Assembly: GCA_963721805.1 (NCBI GenBank)
Contig: CAVRJY010000001.1
Coordinates: forward strand, 992,001-1,056,000
Source: Nitrospirota bacterium
GTDB taxonomy: Bacteria; Nitrospirota; Thermodesulfovibrionia; Thermodesulfovibrionales; JdFR-86
Reading direction: 5' to 3'
Length of the DNA: 64,000 nucleotides
Under the pieces are notes generated by a model that saw nothing but the letters and a program-made list of their open reading frames with translations, was not told the DNA's origin and searched no databases. The position numbers and the translations under genes were made by a program. Numbering within the stretch: the first letter of the stretch is position 1; every line of letters starts with the position of its first letter. Shown one piece after another: positions 60,826 through 64,000 of the stretch.

Positions 60826-61547
60826 CAGGACTTCTTGGCCTGCACCGCTCCGAACCGGCGGTCTCGTGCCATGTAGCTTTGGAGGGCGCGTTTGAATTCC
60901 TCGGCCGTGAAGTCCGGCCAGTGCACCGGGGTGAAGTAGAGTTCGGAGTATGCGGTCTGCCAGGTGAGGAAGTTGCTCAGGCGCATCTCGCCCGAGGTGC
61001 GGATGACGAGGTCGGGGTCGGGTATGCCCGCGGTATCGAGCAGGTCGGCGAAGCTCTCTTCGGTGAGGTCTTCGGGCTTCATGCCCGCGGCGACCGCTTT
61101 GCGGGCGGCGCGGACGATCTCGTTTCTGCCGCCGTAGCTAAGCGATGCCACGAGCGTCAGGCCGGTGTTGGCGACCGTGTCGCGCTCGGCGCGCATCAGG
61201 AGCGACTGGATGTTGTCCGGCAGCCGCCAGAGTTCGCCCACGGCCCTGAACCTGATGCCGTCGCGCAGGAGTTCCTGGAGTTCGTTGCCGAGGTAGCGTT
61301 CGAGGAGCCGCATCAGCATCGTGACTTCCCCTGGGGGGCGCTGCCAGTTTTCGAGCGAGAAGATATAGAGCGTGAGGAACTCGATGCCGAGCGCGTTTGA
61401 GGCCTTGATGATCTCGCGTGCGCGCTCGGCCCCTCTGCGGTGGCCCTCGAAGCGCGGCAGGCCGCGCATCTCGGCCCAGCGGCCGTTGCCGTCCATGATC
61501 ACGCCTACGTGGCGCGGGAGCTTTTCATCTCTGAGCGGGCCGGGCAT
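60825..61547 (-). CDS. uppS: Undecaprenyl diphosphate synthase
   Basis: IMDGNGRWA, FSLENW, RTSGEMRLSNF. Confidence 0.97.
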   Translation of the reverse strand: MPGPLRDEKLPRHVGVIMDGNGRWAEMRGLPRFEGHRRGAERAREIIKASNALGIEFLTLYIFSLENWQRPPGEVTMLMRLLERYLGNELQELLRDGIRFRAVGELWRLPDNIQSLLMRAERDTVANTGLTLVASLSYGGRNEIVRAARKAVAAGMKPEDLTEESFADLLDTAGIPDPDLVIRTSGEMRLSNFLTWQTAYSELYFTPVHWPDFTAEEFKRALQSYMARDRRFGAVQAKKS

Positions 61548-61559
61548 CGTCTCGGGTTT

Positions 61560-63374
61560 CTATCCCTTCAGCTTGTACACGAGCAGCTTCATATCGAATA
61601 TGTTGCGCAGCCGGATCAGGTTGCGAGGGTTGATCATCCAGGTGTTTGAGAGCAGCACGAGTTTGTCGCCCACCAAGACCTGGTCGATCACGGTGCCCGG
61701 GACGTCGTCTATCAGCCTGACCTCGGTCGCGTCCGGCCCGTTGGGGAAGACGCGCATCATCTGCGAGTAATAGTTGACGTTCCGGATCTGAGTGATGAGC
61801 GGCTTGCGCTTGGCCGCGAGCACGGAGTCCATAAACGGGGTCATGCGCACCATCAAGACGGGCTCGAACTGGTTGGTCGTCAGAGGTTTGGGCTCGCTCT
61901 CGATGGGGTGCCCGACGACGTTGTAGTAATCGGCGCTCTGCCACATCTGCAGGCCGTTGGTGTCCTCGAACGAGAGCTTGCCGGCGGTAGTGAAGGTGAA
62001 ATAGACCTTCGTGCCCGCGAGCGAGACCGGATAGACGCTGTAGAGCGTCGCGCCCGCCGGTACGTCGAGCTGGGTCGCGCCCTTGAAGTCCGCGCCCTTC
62101 GTCCAGAGGACCGGGAATATCCCGCCCTTATACCCACCGTTTACCTCGAAGTCCTGCCCGTAGAGGGCGCCGTCCATGACCCTCAGGAAGCACGGGCCGC
62201 TCCAGAGCTGGTTGAACTGTTTGCCGTCATACTTGTAGATATAAGACATGGCCGTATTCTCGCCCATCGCCGAGACGATGAGCTCGTCCCGGCCGTCATG
62301 GTCGAGGTCGGCCGCGTAGAGCCTGAGGTTTATGCCCTTGCCAGGCACCTTGATGGAGGCGCCGTCAAGCGCCGGGGCGAATGCGACGCCGAGGGTGAAG
62401 AAGTCTATCCGCCGCTCCAGGGTCAGGGCGAGCACCTGCTTGCCGTCGCCGCCGAAGTCCCCGGCCGTGACCGAACGGTAGCCGTCAGGGAGCGAGAAGC
62501 TGTATACCGGCAGCTCCTGTTTGGGCATGAACAGCGACTCGCCCACGGCTATCGAGCTTGCGAGCGAGGGGGGCACGGTCTCGCGCGCGGACAGCAGCTG
62601 AGCGCCGTCGTCGGTCCAGAGGATGTGCTCGGTCAGGCCGCTCTGCTCGCCCTTGTTTTCGTAAGAGAGCGCGATAGTGGCCACCGCGCCCAGTTCCTTG
62701 GCCCTCGCGAGCATCTCGGCCTGGTTGCTGATGGACGAGACCGGCACCTCGGCGATATCGAAGCGGTCGGACTCGCGGAGCCTGAAATAGTATTCCTCCG
62801 CGATGCTCCAAGGCACCGAGGGGTCGGGATAGAACAGCACCGGCACCTTGGCCGCAGAGATCCTGATCAGGTCCCCGGCCATAGGCTGGCCCTTCGTGGT
62901 GACGAGGTCAGTCTCGCCGGCGCTGACCGCAGTGACGTCCGCGCTGCCAACCAGCTGCTCGGCAAACCCCATGACCTGCTTCGTGACCGGGTGCAGGAAG
63001 GGCTGGCTCTTGCGGAATATGTCGAGCCTCATGCCGGGCTTGATGCCCGAGGCGGCCGGTATGTTCGCTATGATGTCCTTGCCGCTTATCGAGGTGATCG
63101 TGCCGCCCAGGGGCTTGAACATCGCCACGGCCTCGTTGCGGAGCTTTATGAACGGGTTGTTGGCGTCGCTGACCGCAGGGGCCTTAGGTATGGTAGAGGC
63201 CGGCGGCGCGGTCGAAAACGGCGATGAGATGTCGGGGACCGGCGCGGGCTCGGCGGTCGGCTGGTCGGTAACCGGCGGTAACGGCGAGTATGTCTGCCAG
63301 TCCTTTGCGGCCGAGACGCCGCATATCAGGAACACAAATGTAGCGCATAGAGCAAATATCTTAAGGGTTTTCAT
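61560..63374 (-). CDS. Exported FG-GAP/VCBS-repeat protein
   Basis: Signal peptide; GDFGGDG and ADLDHDGRDEL repeats. Confidence 0.75.
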   Translation of the reverse strand: MKTLKIFALCATFVFLICGVSAAKDWQTYSPLPPVTDQPTAEPAPVPDISSPFSTAPPASTIPKAPAVSDANNPFIKLRNEAVAMFKPLGGTITSISGKDIIANIPAASGIKPGMRLDIFRKSQPFLHPVTKQVMGFAEQLVGSADVTAVSAGETDLVTTKGQPMAGDLIRISAAKVPVLFYPDPSVPWSIAEEYYFRLRESDRFDIAEVPVSSISNQAEMLARAKELGAVATIALSYENKGEQSGLTEHILWTDDGAQLLSARETVPPSLASSIAVGESLFMPKQELPVYSFSLPDGYRSVTAGDFGGDGKQVLALTLERRIDFFTLGVAFAPALDGASIKVPGKGINLRLYAADLDHDGRDELIVSAMGENTAMSYIYKYDGKQFNQLWSGPCFLRVMDGALYGQDFEVNGGYKGGIFPVLWTKGADFKGATQLDVPAGATLYSVYPVSLAGTKVYFTFTTAGKLSFEDTNGLQMWQSADYYNVVGHPIESEPKPLTTNQFEPVLMVRMTPFMDSVLAAKRKPLITQIRNVNYYSQMMRVFPNGPDATEVRLIDDVPGTVIDQVLVGDKLVLLSNTWMINPRNLIRLRNIFDMKLLVYKLKG

Positions 63375-63442
63375 GTGACGCTCATTATAACATAGGGGCA
63401 ACATTGCTCACCTTCACGATATCTTCAATATTCGAAAGGGTG

Positions 63443-63647
63443 GAAAGCGCGCCAAATCGCGTGATACGTTGTCACGGCTCGCATCCTCGTCCTCAATGTA
63501 CGTCACAGTACACCTCCGGGTGCCACGGGCACCTCTTAAAAAAGGAAAGGGCCAGCCAGCCCTAGTCTGACGCTGATTTCGCGCGCTTTAAGTTACTCTT
63601 GCATAATCGTGCGAGCGGTCAACGGCATTGATTTGGAGCGCGCTTTC
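63443..63647 (+). repeat. Polar hairpin element copy 2 (core 63444-63589)
   Basis: ~60-nt block near-identical to 17715-17777; CCTAGTCTGACGC and GCGAGCGGTCAA.GGCAT also shared. Confidence 0.9.
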
Positions 63648-63691
63648 GGGGGTGAAGAGGTCGCGCGCTGCCCCCAATTAGGCAAGGTCTG

Positions 63692-63883
63692 CTATGCAAT
63701 CCCCAATTTCTTTTTCATGTCATCATTTGTCGTCCATTTTTTAGTCTTAGCCTTGACCTCAACAGCGGAGGCGTAATCCTTGCTGTCCTCTTGGGCCTCA
63801 CGGTTGAGTGGTATCTCAAACACCATATCGGGACGATAGAGTTTACCCTGTTCAGCCTTCGAAAAGTCGTATTCCTTCTTCAT
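63692..63883 (-). CDS. Putative type II antitoxin-like small protein
   Basis: MKKEYDFSKAEQGKLYRP N-terminus; ED..D..A...T.DDMKKKLG C-terminus; AT-rich. Confidence 0.6.
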   Translation of the reverse strand: MKKEYDFSKAEQGKLYRPDMVFEIPLNREAQEDSKDYASAVEVKAKTKKWTTNDDMKKKLGIA

Positions 63884-64000
63884 CTTCCGCCCATAAGGAT
63901 AGGCATCATCCCTTGATGATATCAACTATTGACGATATGACAACACCTAACTTTTCGTCCTTCAAACGCCCGATGCCATAAAGGATGATATGGTTGTCAG

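Overview
GC-rich bacterial chromosome segment. Gene content, gene order and the tmRNA tag (A)NDELALAA suggest a Nitrospirota/Thermodesulfovibrionia-like or related deltaproteobacterial-type organism (inference). Most of it is housekeeping: holA-lptE-leuS, a CBS/DHH tRNA nucleotidyltransferase, ssrA-smpB, an RND pump, aroE, rpe, rsmB, lexA-dinB, def-fmt, truA, slyD-deaD, hom, mdh, ubiX, cdsA and uppS. About 11 single-base frameshifts between 4 and 31 kb are probably consensus errors. The most notable signals are not in the ORF track. (1) A ~120-200 bp polar hairpin element occurs three times: two copies flank an AT-rich KAP-NTPase gene as inverted ends, and a third opens an antitoxin-like region at the window end, suggesting a cargo-cassette system with no visible transposase. 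(2) An unannotated 77-aa Nfu/NifU-C protein has an in-frame TGA in a CxxU motif plus a SECIS-like hairpin (candidate selenoprotein). (3) A 6 x 9-bp array upstream of hom reads MIIMLLMILTIIMILMI. (4) A classic 1-2-3-4 attenuator with a uORF precedes a PhzF-family gene. (5) Two near-identical sigma-54 promoters, each with the same palindrome exactly 69 bp upstream, drive a GT-C-like membrane protein and a glutaminase-degenerate AsnB, next to a kinase/NtrC-family pair.
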